Shown here in pieces: positions 27,286-36,869 of a stretch of DNA of 64,000 bases (its first letter is position 1; every line of letters starts with the position of its first letter). The DNA comes from Patescibacteria group bacterium (GTDB taxonomy: Bacteria; Patescibacteriota; Patescibacteriia; Buchananbacterales; UBA6539), in assembly GCA_034003985.1 (NCBI GenBank), contig JAVEXP010000002.1, positions 80,789 through 144,788 on the forward strand, written 5' to 3'. The notes beneath the pieces are model-generated. The model had not been told where the DNA came from and ran no database searches. It was given only the letters and a program-made list of their open reading frames with translations. The position numbers and the translations under genes were made by a program.

Positions 27286-28361
27286 AAGTTTTAATGATTT
27301 CAATTGACAGGGGATTACTTGGCCAAAATCAGTTGGGCGATGTTATCCAACGCCACGCGGAATATGGCAAACATATTGACCAGCTGGATGTGGTTGTTTT
27401 TTCTCAAGATGGTTTTTCAAAATTTCCTATTTCATCGAATGTTACGGCTTATCCCACTAACTCCAAATCAAAATGGCGTTATTTTTTTGATGCCAAAAAA
27501 CTTGGCACCAAATTATTCCAGAATAATCGTTATGACTTGGTAACTAGTCAGGATCCGTTTGTGACCGGCATGGTTGCTTGCCGCCTTAAGAAGAAATTTA
27601 AATCTAAATTTTTAGTCCATTTTCACGGCGATTTTTGGGGGAATATTAATTGGCTGAAAGAGTCAAAATTTAATTGGTCGCTTTGGTTAGTTTCCCGCCG
27701 AGTGGTTTCTCAAGCTGACGCCATCCGGGTAATGAGCGAAGGCCAAAAATCAAAATTGGGAAAACACCAGGTTAAGGCTAAAATTATCTCTACTCCGGTT
27801 GATTTAGCCAAATATCAAATTTCAACCTCTCGGATTTCAAGCCGAAAAATGGTTTTGCATGTTGGCCGTTATGACAAAGCCAAAGATTTTTCCACTTTAG
27901 CTAAAGCTTTTAAGTTAGTTAGGGATAAAATATCTAATGCGGATTTTGTCCAATGTGGTGCCGGTCCTCAAGTGAAAGAATATTTTAGCAGTTTGCCGTT
28001 AGTTGCTTATCCCAAGATTAGCCAATCTGCTTTGATTGATTTTTATCATCAATCTTTGGTGGTAGTCTTATCTTCTACTTCTGAAAGTTTTGGTAAAGTG
28101 TTGGTGGAAGCAAATGCTTGTGGTAAGCCGGTAGTCGCCACGGCCACGACCGGTGCCAAAGAAATTGTTCAAGATGGCTACAATGGTTATTTGGTGCCTA
28201 TTGGTGATGCCGAAAAACTGGCCGAAAAAATTATTGAATTATTAAATGATCCGGTCAAAGCCAAAGAGTTGGGAGAGAACGGCAGAAAATTAGTTCAAGA
28301 AAAATTTGGTGACAATACTAACAAGATTATTAATTTTTGGAGGGAAATAGTTAATGGTTAA
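27282..28361 (+). CDS. Glycosyltransferase family 4
   Basis: TSESFGKVLVEANACGKPVVATATTGAKEIV; ATGA overlap. Confidence 0.75.
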   Translation: MKVLMISIDRGLLGQNQLGDVIQRHAEYGKHIDQLDVVVFSQDGFSKFPISSNVTAYPTNSKSKWRYFFDAKKLGTKLFQNNRYDLVTSQDPFVTGMVACRLKKKFKSKFLVHFHGDFWGNINWLKESKFNWSLWLVSRRVVSQADAIRVMSEGQKSKLGKHQVKAKIISTPVDLAKYQISTSRISSRKMVLHVGRYDKAKDFSTLAKAFKLVRDKISNADFVQCGAGPQVKEYFSSLPLVAYPKISQSALIDFYHQSLVVVLSSTSESFGKVLVEANACGKPVVATATTGAKEIVQDGYNGYLVPIGDAEKLAEKIIELLNDPVKAKELGENGRKLVQEKFGDNTNKIINFWREIVNG

Positions 28362-28842
28362 AATAACTTGCCACAATCACGAGGGTATACTTCGTGATTT
28401 TGACTCAAGCGAGTTGACTTTTCGTCCCTCGGTTTATGGTATTTTGATTAAGGACAACAAAGTTTTACTTTCTAAACAATGGGATGGCTATGATTTTCCC
28501 GGCGGCGGAGTGAATATTGATGAAACTCTTGAGCAGACTTTAAAGCGGGAATTTTTTGAAGAAACCGGATTACAGGTTGAACCGGGAAAAATCGTTCACG
28601 CCCAAACCTCATTCTTTTTTACCCGTTCGGGCAAGCGGCCTTATAATGCGGTGGTGATTTATTTTTTGTGTCAACAAGTTGGCGGCAAGCTTTCAATTGA
28701 CAATCTTGATATTTATGAAAAAGGATATGTTGGTATGCCCGAATGGCTTGATATTGAGGATTTGGACAAATTTAAATATTATAATCCAGTTGATAGTCCG
28801 GCGTTGATTAGGGAAGCTTTAAAAATAAAAAATCAACAATGA
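28354..28842 (+). CDS. Nudix hydrolase embedded in the glycosyltransferase operon (possible nucleotide-sugar hydrolase)
   Basis: Nudix box GGGVNIDETLEQTLKREFFEETGL; 162 aa. Confidence 0.7.
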   Translation: MVKITCHNHEGILRDFDSSELTFRPSVYGILIKDNKVLLSKQWDGYDFPGGGVNIDETLEQTLKREFFEETGLQVEPGKIVHAQTSFFFTRSGKRPYNAVVIYFLCQQVGGKLSIDNLDIYEKGYVGMPEWLDIEDLDKFKYYNPVDSPALIREALKIKNQQ

Positions 28843-29879
28843 AATTATTAATGATTACCAGAAAAGTTGATAAGAACGAACACCTGGCCGGGTTCATTTA
28901 TCATTGGGTTAAAAAATTGGGCCAGCAGGTTGATGAGTTGCGAGTGATTAGCTGGCAGGAAGGGGATAGTTCCGGCTTGTCTGATAATATTAAAGTGTTT
29001 CATTTGCCAGCCGCCGCCAATAAATTTTCTAAAATTTTAGCCTTTCAAAAAATACTGTGGGAAAATATCAGGGGGGTTGATGGGATTTTTTGTCATCAGA
29101 ATCCGGAATATACTTTATTGGCTGCTTTGTTGGCTAAAATTTTTGGTAAGCGGCTAGTGGTTTGGTATGCTCATGGTTCAGTTTCCTGGCGTTTAAAGTT
29201 AGCCGAGAAATTGGCTGATAAAATAATCAGCTCATCAATTGATAGTTTCCGGCTCAAATCTAAAAAGTTGGTTATTATTGGTCAGGGAATTGATACCGAA
29301 AAATTTGTCCCCGGCCCGAGTGAATCGGATTCACCAATTAAAAATCTATTGACTGTCGGGCGAATTTCACCGACTAAAGATTATGAAACTATGATTAAAG
29401 CCGTTGATATTTTGGTTAAAGATGGTTTTAAAAGCCTCTCTTTTTCAATCATCGGTGGTATTGGTTTGGCGCTTCATCAAGTCTACTTGGATAGTTTACA
29501 AGAAATGGTTCAGAAGATGGGCCTTGCCAGTCGGGTAAAATTTTTAGGGACCGTTCCTAACGATCAGCTTCCAGCTAAGTTGCAACAATGTGATATTTTT
29601 CTTAACCTCAGTAATACTGGCAGTCTGGATAAAGCCGTTTTGGAAGCGATGTCTTGCGGCTGTTTGGTTTTGACCAGCAATGAAGCCTTTAAACCAATAT
29701 TGAATTCTGAATTCTTAGTAGAACAAAATAATCCCAAGCAATTGGCTGAGAAAATCAAGTATTTAATTAAGCTGTCTCGGGATCAAAAAGATAATTTTGG
29801 CAATCAGTTGCGCCAAGAAGTGATTAATAGTCATAATTTGGATAATTTGGTTAAAAAAATAGTCGAACAATTTAACTGA
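28839..29879 (+). CDS. Glycosyltransferase, GT4-like
   Basis: GT-B architecture; C-terminal SNTGSLDKAVLEAMSCGCLVLTSNEAF (E-x7-E-like). Confidence 0.65.
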   Translation: MKLLMITRKVDKNEHLAGFIYHWVKKLGQQVDELRVISWQEGDSSGLSDNIKVFHLPAAANKFSKILAFQKILWENIRGVDGIFCHQNPEYTLLAALLAKIFGKRLVVWYAHGSVSWRLKLAEKLADKIISSSIDSFRLKSKKLVIIGQGIDTEKFVPGPSESDSPIKNLLTVGRISPTKDYETMIKAVDILVKDGFKSLSFSIIGGIGLALHQVYLDSLQEMVQKMGLASRVKFLGTVPNDQLPAKLQQCDIFLNLSNTGSLDKAVLEAMSCGCLVLTSNEAFKPILNSEFLVEQNNPKQLAEKIKYLIKLSRDQKDNFGNQLRQEVINSHNLDNLVKKIVEQFN

Positions 29880-29881
29880 TT

Positions 29882-30793
29882 ATGAATTTAAAAAATTTGA
29901 AGCTAGAATTTTTTCATATCCGTAAGGCCTTCTTGGTTTATGGCCACGGTTGGGCCTACCTTTATTATCGCTATATTGTTGCCCCAAAGATTTTTCGGCT
30001 TAAAACTCCTTTGGATCGGCCAATTAACTATTCTGATTTATCTGTTCATATTCTAACCTGCCACCGCGATTTATTGATGTTTATTTGGTCGCTGGCCAGT
30101 TTTTATCGTCATGGCGAAATGATTGGTCAGGTTGTTGTCCATAATGATGGTAGTCTGACGGCTGCCGATCAAAGATTAATTAAAAGATTATTTCCATCGG
30201 TAGCGATTTATCAGACTAGTGATTTTTTGAAAGATTATCAGTCTAATTTTAATAATTATCAGATATTAAATGATTTTCGTGCCAATTATAAAAAATTTTC
30301 TTTTAAAAAATTGATTGATCCTTACTTTGTCTCAACTAAGAGTTTTCGGTTGGTGATTGATTCTGATCTTTTCTGGTTTGGACCACCTATCATCATCAAG
30401 CAGGCGCTTGACAGTAGTGATGATAAATCATTGATGCAGCAAAATAATATTCCTATTTATGTCAGTTTTAAAGATGGTTCAAGAGTCGCCGACTATTTAG
30501 CCCAGGCAAATTCCGGGATTGTTTTTTATCGCCAGGAAAGTTTTGACCTTGAAAAATTAGCGGAGTTTTTGACTAAGTTAGACACCAAAGTTGAAAAGAA
30601 TTTGTATTTTGCCGATCAACTTGGGTATGCTTATAGTTTAAAAAATTTGTCTTTTTTACCCCCAGAAATCTATCCCATCAAGTCGCCTTGGACTAATGAA
30701 ATATCAATTAAACATTATACCGGGCCGCGCCGTTCACTTTTTTATGTTGAAGGTGTAAAACGCTTGGCTAAAGAGATTCTCAATATTAAATAA
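29882..30793 (+). CDS. Hypothetical protein (possibly a nucleotide-diphospho-sugar transferase-fold enzyme)
   Basis: 303 aa in-operon ORF; no confident motif. Confidence 0.45.
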   Translation: MNLKNLKLEFFHIRKAFLVYGHGWAYLYYRYIVAPKIFRLKTPLDRPINYSDLSVHILTCHRDLLMFIWSLASFYRHGEMIGQVVVHNDGSLTAADQRLIKRLFPSVAIYQTSDFLKDYQSNFNNYQILNDFRANYKKFSFKKLIDPYFVSTKSFRLVIDSDLFWFGPPIIIKQALDSSDDKSLMQQNNIPIYVSFKDGSRVADYLAQANSGIVFYRQESFDLEKLAEFLTKLDTKVEKNLYFADQLGYAYSLKNLSFLPPEIYPIKSPWTNEISIKHYTGPRRSLFYVEGVKRLAKEILNIK

Positions 30794-30795
30794 TT

Positions 30796-31935
30796 ATGAA
30801 AAGAATTTACTATATTGCCAATATTAGAATCCCGACCGAAAAAGCCCATGGGCTTCAAATTACCAAGACCTGTGAAGCCTTGGGTAATAGTGGCGTTCAA
30901 GTTAAGCTGGTAGTACCGACGAGAAAAAATTATGAATTGGCCAAAGAAGATCCTTACGATTTTTATAATGTTAGTTCATCTTTTAAGATTAAAAAGATTT
31001 TTTCGCTTGATCCTAGATTTTTATTGGCCGCGCCGGCCGGGATTTATATTAAAGTTCAATCCCTGCTATTTATTATTAGTCTTATCCCTTACTTATTATT
31101 TAATCGTCAAAAATTTGATGTTCTTTATACCCGAGATGAAATTTTGTTGCCGGTCTTACAGCTGTTTTCCAAATCGGTAATTTGGGAAGCTCATAATCTT
31201 TCGTCTCATCGGACAAATTATGTTCGTTATTGGCATAAGTGCCATAAGATATTTGCCATTACTTCAAAACTCAAAATCGAGCTGGTCAAGCTGGGGGTTG
31301 GGGAGGATAAAATTGAAATTTTACCCGATGCGGTTGATTTGGATGTTTTTGAAAAAGTTACCCAATCTCCCGTTCAACTCCGTCAAGAGTTTAAGTTACC
31401 GGTGGATAAAAATATCATTGTTTATACTGGTCATCTTTATGATTGGAAGGGCACCCAGGTTTTGGCTGATGCCGCTAATGAACTTTCGGATAATGAGGTG
31501 GTGGTTTTTATCGGTGGCACCCAGCAAGACATTGAACGCTTTAAAGAAAAAAACAATCAGCAAAAAAATATTTTAATTTTAGGCCAACAACTGCACAAGA
31601 AAATCCCGGCTTATCTTAAGGCCGCTGATGTTTTGGTATTACCCAATTCGGCCAATCGCGAGATATCGGTGAATTATACTTCCCCAATGAAGATGTTTGA
31701 ATATATGGCAGCCAAAAAGCCGATTGTTGCCTCAGACCTGCCTTCAATCAGGGAAGTCTTGAATAATGAGAATGCCTGCTTGGTTTTACCGGATTCACCC
31801 GGCAAATTAGCCCAAGGCATTAGAAAAGTTTTGACTGATAAAGATTATGCATCCAAAATTGCCACCCAATCTTTCAGTGATTCTCAGCAGTATAGTTGGC
31901 TTAATAGAGCCAAAAAAATTATAAGTTTAATCTAA
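30796..31935 (+). CDS. Glycosyltransferase family 4
   Basis: NYTSPMKMFEYMAAKKPIVASDLPSIREVL (E-x7-E), GT-B layout. Confidence 0.75.
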   Translation: MKRIYYIANIRIPTEKAHGLQITKTCEALGNSGVQVKLVVPTRKNYELAKEDPYDFYNVSSSFKIKKIFSLDPRFLLAAPAGIYIKVQSLLFIISLIPYLLFNRQKFDVLYTRDEILLPVLQLFSKSVIWEAHNLSSHRTNYVRYWHKCHKIFAITSKLKIELVKLGVGEDKIEILPDAVDLDVFEKVTQSPVQLRQEFKLPVDKNIIVYTGHLYDWKGTQVLADAANELSDNEVVVFIGGTQQDIERFKEKNNQQKNILILGQQLHKKIPAYLKAADVLVLPNSANREISVNYTSPMKMFEYMAAKKPIVASDLPSIREVLNNENACLVLPDSPGKLAQGIRKVLTDKDYASKIATQSFSDSQQYSWLNRAKKIISLI

Positions 31936-31936
31936 G

Positions 31937-31976
31937 TTGACACCATTTGACACTTATTGACACCTAGTTATATAAT
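31937..31976 (+). promoter_or_regulatory. Promoter with three 10-bp-phased TTGACAC direct repeats overlapping the -35, plus TATAAT -10
   Basis: gTTGACACcatTTGACACttaTTGACACctagttaTATAAT: repeats at 31937, 31947, 31957; middle TTGACA + 18 bp + TATAAT (31971-31976); ATG of the HTH gene 8 nt downstream. Confidence 0.5.
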
Positions 31977-31983
31977 TAATTAT

Positions 31984-32232
31984 ATGACTGAAGAAATAAA
32001 ACCCAATGCCATTTATACCACGGACGAGACGCAGAAATTTTTGAAAGTTAGTAACAGCACGATTAAGCGTTTGTTGAAAAAGGGACTAATCAGAGCCAAT
32101 AAGGTCGGCGGGCAATACCGGATTTTAGGCAAGGAAATTCTGAGATTAGTATCGCCGGAGTTGGAAGCCAAGGCCACACAGTCCTATTTGGGTGTCAAAA
32201 AGAAAGTCGTTGATAAAATAAATAAATGGTAA
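31984..32232 (+). CDS. Excisionase/MerR-family helix-turn-helix DNA-binding protein (second paralogue) heading the pse/decoration operon
   Basis: 83 aa from ATG 31984 (ORF-track TTG start at 31957 rejected); HTH TDETQKFLKVSNSTIKRLLKKGLIRANKVGGQYRI, similar to 11510..11797. Confidence 0.6.
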   Translation: MTEEIKPNAIYTTDETQKFLKVSNSTIKRLLKKGLIRANKVGGQYRILGKEILRLVSPELEAKATQSYLGVKKKVVDKINKW

Positions 32233-32235
32233 ATT

Positions 32236-34029
32236 ATGCCGTCTGATTATCTAGCCAAAGTATCCGGAGTCTTTCGGTTGTCGGTTAAAGCATTTAGTGA
32301 ATATAAATTCCAAATGCTTATTTTGGTCGGCTTGAGCTTGGTTGGTGGGTTGCTTGAAGGTATTGGTATTACGGCGGTAATTCCATTGTTGTCTTTGGTG
32401 GTGGAAAGCGCTCAGACTGAGCAAAACGCGATTATGGTGGTAATTCAGAATCTGTTTGCTTTCTTTAACTTGTCATTTTCAATTAAGTCTTTGTTGGTCT
32501 TTATTGGCATTCTATTTTTTGTCAAAGCTTTAATTATGATTCTTTTGGAGTATATTAAGATAATCATTACCACTAATTATGAAACTAAAACCCGATTATC
32601 GTTATTCCAGGAGATTTTGCGTTCCGATTGGCTGCATCTGATAAAACAAAAGTTGGGATATTTGGACACTATTTTGTTGATTGACATTCCTTCCAGCGCC
32701 ATTTTACTGCGCGAAATTGGCACCGCCATCATGATCAGTACCAGTTTGCTGGTTTACATTGTCATTGCTCTTAATATTTCTTTTGGGGTAACAATGGTGA
32801 CCATTGGGCTGGGTGGCTTGATTTTTGTCACTATGCGGCCGTTGTTGTTTCAGGTTAAGCGCTACTCCCATAAAGTTACCAACATCAATAAAGAAGTCGC
32901 TCATCATGTCAACGAAAATATTTTTGGAATCAAAAGCATCAAAGCAACCAATGTCACCGATAAGGTGATTAACGAAGGTAAAATTTTATTTGATAAATTA
33001 AAGCGCGGCCGGATTAACATCGTGATTTTCAAGAGTTTAACCAGTTCGTTCATTCAGCCGATTAGCATCGTTTTTGTCAGCATCGTTTTTGTGGCAATGT
33101 ATAAATCGCCGGATTTCAATTTTGCCGTGCTGGTGGCGGTGATGTACCTAATTGATCGAATTTTTATTTATATCCAAAAAATGGAACGCAGTCTTAACAC
33201 CATCACTGAGCATGTTCCTTATTTGAAAAGTGTTGTTGATTATCAAGAAAATTCTCAATTGAATCAAGAAATTGACGCCGGCCAAGCCGATTTTAAATTT
33301 GAACATCAGATCAAATTTGACAATATAAATTTTGGTTACCAAAAAAATCAAGAAGTTTTGCGTGGTTTGAACTTAGTGGTTTCCAAAGGCCAAACTGTTG
33401 GCTTGATTGGTCCGTCTGGTTCCGGCAAGACAACAATAATTGATTTGACTTTGAAATTGATAAATCCCGAGTCCGGTAGAATTTTATTGGATGACACCGA
33501 CATTAAGGATATCAAGATGTCGCAATGGCGTGATAATATTGGCTATGTCTCGCAGGATATATTTTTGATCAATGATACAATTGCCAATAACATTAAGTTT
33601 TATCGGCCCGATATTTCTAGGGAAAAATTGGAACAAGCCGCTAAAATGGCCAATATTCATGACTTTATTATTGGTTCGCCCGACGGTTATCAAACCTTTG
33701 TTGGTGATCGCGGAGTTATGCTTTCGGCCGGTCAGCGCCAGCGGATTGTCATTGCTCGGGTGTTGGCTACTAATCCCCAGATTTTAATTCTAGATGAAGC
33801 TACTAGCGCTTTAGATAGTGAATCGGAAATGAGAATCCAGGATGTCATTGAATCTTTGCACCAGAAAATAACGGTTATTATTATTGCTCATCGTCTCTCA
33901 ACTATTAAGAATGTTGATCAATTGTTTGTTTTGGCGGAAGGAAAAATTGTTGAGTCTGGTCCGCCCGAGGAGTTATTAAAAAATAAAGACACCTATTTTT
34001 ATAAAATGTCTAATATTAGTAAGGAATAG
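32236..34029 (+). CDS. ABC exporter, fused TMD-NBD (MsbA/PglK/Wzk-like lipid-linked glycan flippase candidate)
   Basis: 597 aa; six-TM domain then Walker A GPSGSGKTT, signature LSAGQRQRIVIARVL, Walker B ILILDEATSALD, H-loop IIAHRLST. Confidence 0.85.
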   Translation: MPSDYLAKVSGVFRLSVKAFSEYKFQMLILVGLSLVGGLLEGIGITAVIPLLSLVVESAQTEQNAIMVVIQNLFAFFNLSFSIKSLLVFIGILFFVKALIMILLEYIKIIITTNYETKTRLSLFQEILRSDWLHLIKQKLGYLDTILLIDIPSSAILLREIGTAIMISTSLLVYIVIALNISFGVTMVTIGLGGLIFVTMRPLLFQVKRYSHKVTNINKEVAHHVNENIFGIKSIKATNVTDKVINEGKILFDKLKRGRINIVIFKSLTSSFIQPISIVFVSIVFVAMYKSPDFNFAVLVAVMYLIDRIFIYIQKMERSLNTITEHVPYLKSVVDYQENSQLNQEIDAGQADFKFEHQIKFDNINFGYQKNQEVLRGLNLVVSKGQTVGLIGPSGSGKTTIIDLTLKLINPESGRILLDDTDIKDIKMSQWRDNIGYVSQDIFLINDTIANNIKFYRPDISREKLEQAAKMANIHDFIIGSPDGYQTFVGDRGVMLSAGQRQRIVIARVLATNPQILILDEATSALDSESEMRIQDVIESLHQKITVIIIAHRLSTIKNVDQLFVLAEGKIVESGPPEELLKNKDTYFYKMSNISKE

Positions 34030-34033
34030 CAAT

Positions 34034-35032
34034 ATGTTCAAAGATCAAACAATTTTAATCACGGGCGGGACTGGCTCGCTGGGAAAAAAATTAGTTAAGT
34101 ACTTTCTGTTTCAAACCCAGGCCAAAAAAATTATTGTCTTCAGCCGTGACGAACTCAAACAAAGTCAAATGCAAAAGATTTTGTTGCCCCATGATGCCGA
34201 CGACCGGTTGCGGTTTTTTATCGGTGATGTCCGTGATCTCCAGCGGTTGAGGCGGGCATTGCATGGGGTTGATATAGTTATTCATACCGCCGCTTTAAAG
34301 CAGGTTCCAGCTTTGGAGTATAATCCGATCGAGGCAATTAAAACCAATATTTACGGTTCACAGAATGTTGTTGAAGCTTCAATTGACGAAGGTGTTAAAA
34401 AGGTTTTATTGATTTCCACCGACAAAGCCGCGCAGCCGATTAATTTATATGGTGCCACCAAGCTGGCCGCCGAAAAATTATTTATCGCCGCTAATTCTTA
34501 CGGTGCCGGTAAAACCATTTTTAGTGCCGTCAGATACGGCAATGTGATTGGCAGTCGCGGCAGTATTGTTGATTTGTTACTAAACAGTCCCGAAGCCGAT
34601 AAAATCGGCATCACCCATCCGGAGATGACTCGCTTTTGGATTACCTTGGATCAAGCAGTTCAGCTGGTAGTTTTTGCTTTGGAAAATATGGAGGGTGGTG
34701 AAATTTTTATTCCAAAGATTCCCAGTATGAAATTAATTGATTTGTTCGAGGCGATTACCCCGGGGGTTAATCGTGCCGTAAGTGGCATTCGCCCCGGTGA
34801 AAAGATTCATGAAGATTTGGTGAACGAACACGAATCAGCTTGCGGTTATGAATTGGAAAATAATTATGTAATTTTACCCCAATTTATATTTTTTGCTGAA
34901 GGAGTTTATGACAAATATAAAAAAGACGGCAAAAAACTTACTGAGGGCTTCAGTTATAAGAGTAATCAAAATGACAAATGGCTGAATAAGGATGAAATTG
35001 CCAAAATTGTTAAAGAATTAACCATTGGATAA
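34034..35032 (+). CDS. pseB: UDP-N-acetylglucosamine 4,6-dehydratase (inverting), PseB/FlaA1
   Basis: MFKDQTILITGGTGSLGKKL...RDELKQ...FIGDVRD...YGATKLAAEKLF...GNVIGSRGS...MTRFWITL...GGEIFIPKIPSMKL, very close to the C. jejuni/H. pylori PseB pattern as recalled. Confidence 0.85.
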   Translation: MFKDQTILITGGTGSLGKKLVKYFLFQTQAKKIIVFSRDELKQSQMQKILLPHDADDRLRFFIGDVRDLQRLRRALHGVDIVIHTAALKQVPALEYNPIEAIKTNIYGSQNVVEASIDEGVKKVLLISTDKAAQPINLYGATKLAAEKLFIAANSYGAGKTIFSAVRYGNVIGSRGSIVDLLLNSPEADKIGITHPEMTRFWITLDQAVQLVVFALENMEGGEIFIPKIPSMKLIDLFEAITPGVNRAVSGIRPGEKIHEDLVNEHESACGYELENNYVILPQFIFFAEGVYDKYKKDGKKLTEGFSYKSNQNDKWLNKDEIAKIVKELTIG

Positions 35033-36143
35033 AATGATTCCTTACGGCAAACAATCAATCAGGGATGACGATATTAACTCAGTCGTCAAGGTGTTAAAAT
35101 CTGATTTTTTGACTACCGGTCCTAAAGTTTCAGAATTTGAAAATAGTCTGGTAAAATATTGTGGCGTCAAATATGTAGTAGCGGTTTGTAACGGTACAGC
35201 TGCTTTACATTTAGCCTATTTGGCCGCTGGCCTTAAAACCGGTGATGAAGTTATTGTTAGTCCCAATACTTTTGTGGCGACTACTAATATGATTTTGGCA
35301 GTTGGGGCTAAACCGGTGTTCTGCGATATTAGATTAGATACCTATAATATTGATGAAACTAAGATTACTAAGTTATTGACCAAGAAAACCAAGGCAATCG
35401 TAGCCGTCGATTTTGCCGGTCAACCCGCGGAATATCAGAAAATTAAAAATATTTGTAAAAAATATAAATTATTGTTGATTGAAGACGCGGCTCATTCACT
35501 GGGTGCCGATTACCACGGCCGGAAGGCCGGTAATTTGGGGGATGTGGCGACGATGAGTTTCCATCCGGTCAAGAGTATTACTACCGGTGAGGGCGGTGTG
35601 GTATTAACCAATAATAAAGATATCTGGGAGAGGCTGATTAAATTTAGGAATCACGGAACCACTAAAGATCGTCGGGGTTTTAATGTAATGACTGATTTTG
35701 GTTATAATTATCGTTTGACCGACATTCAAGCCGCATTAGGAATTAATCAATTATCGAGATTGAATAAGTTTGTCAACACTCGTCGGAAATTGGCTAATCG
35801 CTATATTAATCAGCTGAAATCTGTTTCACAAATAATTTTACCGCTTGAACAAAAAGATCTTCATTCCAGTTGGCATTTATTCGTCATTAGGACTAAAAAA
35901 GCTTACGATCGGTTGCCGCTGTATAATTTTTTGAAAACCAAGGGGATTGGTGTTAATTTTCATTATCCGACAGTTTACTCCCAGCCATTTTATCGCCGTA
36001 ATGGTTATGCCAAAACCAAATTGAAAAATGCTGACATTTATGCTTCGCAAGCCATTACCATTCCTTTGTTTCCCGCGCTAAACTTAGAACAGCAGGATTA
36101 TGTAGTTAATTCCATTAAAGAATATTATAAGATGTCGTCATGA
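35025..36143 (+). CDS. pseC: DegT/DnrJ/EryC1-family PLP aminotransferase, PseC-like (UDP-4-amino-4,6-dideoxy-sugar transaminase)
   Basis: MIPYGKQSIRDDDI...; SFHPVKSITTGEGGVV PLP-Lys region; sits between pseB and pseF. Confidence 0.75.
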   Translation: MDKMIPYGKQSIRDDDINSVVKVLKSDFLTTGPKVSEFENSLVKYCGVKYVVAVCNGTAALHLAYLAAGLKTGDEVIVSPNTFVATTNMILAVGAKPVFCDIRLDTYNIDETKITKLLTKKTKAIVAVDFAGQPAEYQKIKNICKKYKLLLIEDAAHSLGADYHGRKAGNLGDVATMSFHPVKSITTGEGGVVLTNNKDIWERLIKFRNHGTTKDRRGFNVMTDFGYNYRLTDIQAALGINQLSRLNKFVNTRRKLANRYINQLKSVSQIILPLEQKDLHSSWHLFVIRTKKAYDRLPLYNFLKTKGIGVNFHYPTVYSQPFYRRNGYAKTKLKNADIYASQAITIPLFPALNLEQQDYVVNSIKEYYKMSS

Positions 36144-36832
36144 AATCAATTGCTATTATTCCGGCCCGTGGTGGCAGCAAAAGGATACCTAATAAAAATA
36201 TTAAGGATTTTCTTGGTTATCCAATCATTAAATATGTCATTGAAACCGCTATTGATTCTAAATGTTTTGATGAAGTGATTGTTTCGACTGATAGTAAGAA
36301 AATAGCCAGCCTTGCCGAAAAATTCGGGGCTTCAGTCCCTTTTCTCAGATCACCCAAAAGTTCTAATGATCATGCCACTACGGCCGATGTTATCAGTGAA
36401 GTTATCGAAAATTATCGTAAGCGGAATAATAATTTTGATTTCTTCTGTTGCCTTTATCCCACCTCCATATTTGTGACTAGCCAACTATTAAATTCTGCTT
36501 TTGACCAGCTAAAAGGCGACGGTTTAGACGGCGTTATATCGGTTATGAAATATCGGCATCCTATTGAGCGGGCATTCAAGATTGATGATGGCAATTTATC
36601 GATGTTGTATCCGGAAAATGTTTTTGGTCGTACCCAGGATTTTGTCCCTAAATATCATGATGCTGGTCAATTCTACTTTATGAAAACGGATGCTTTTTTG
36701 CGGGAAAAGAAAATATTTACCTCTAATATTAGAGGTTTTGTATTGCCTTTCAGGTATGTCCAGGATATTGATACGGAAGAGGATTGGTATTTGGCCGAGC
36801 TGAAATATAATATTTTAAAAAATCAAAATTAA
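36140..36832 (+). CDS. pseF: CMP-nonulosonate synthetase, PseF/NeuA family (CTP_transf_3)
   Basis: N-terminus MKSIAIIPARGGSKRIPNKNIK typical of acylneuraminate/pseudaminate cytidylyltransferases. Confidence 0.7.
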   Translation: MKSIAIIPARGGSKRIPNKNIKDFLGYPIIKYVIETAIDSKCFDEVIVSTDSKKIASLAEKFGASVPFLRSPKSSNDHATTADVISEVIENYRKRNNNFDFFCCLYPTSIFVTSQLLNSAFDQLKGDGLDGVISVMKYRHPIERAFKIDDGNLSMLYPENVFGRTQDFVPKYHDAGQFYFMKTDAFLREKKIFTSNIRGFVLPFRYVQDIDTEEDWYLAELKYNILKNQN

Positions 36833-36869
36833 TTATTTACAACATCAATAGGCCTCAATTTTTAAGAAT

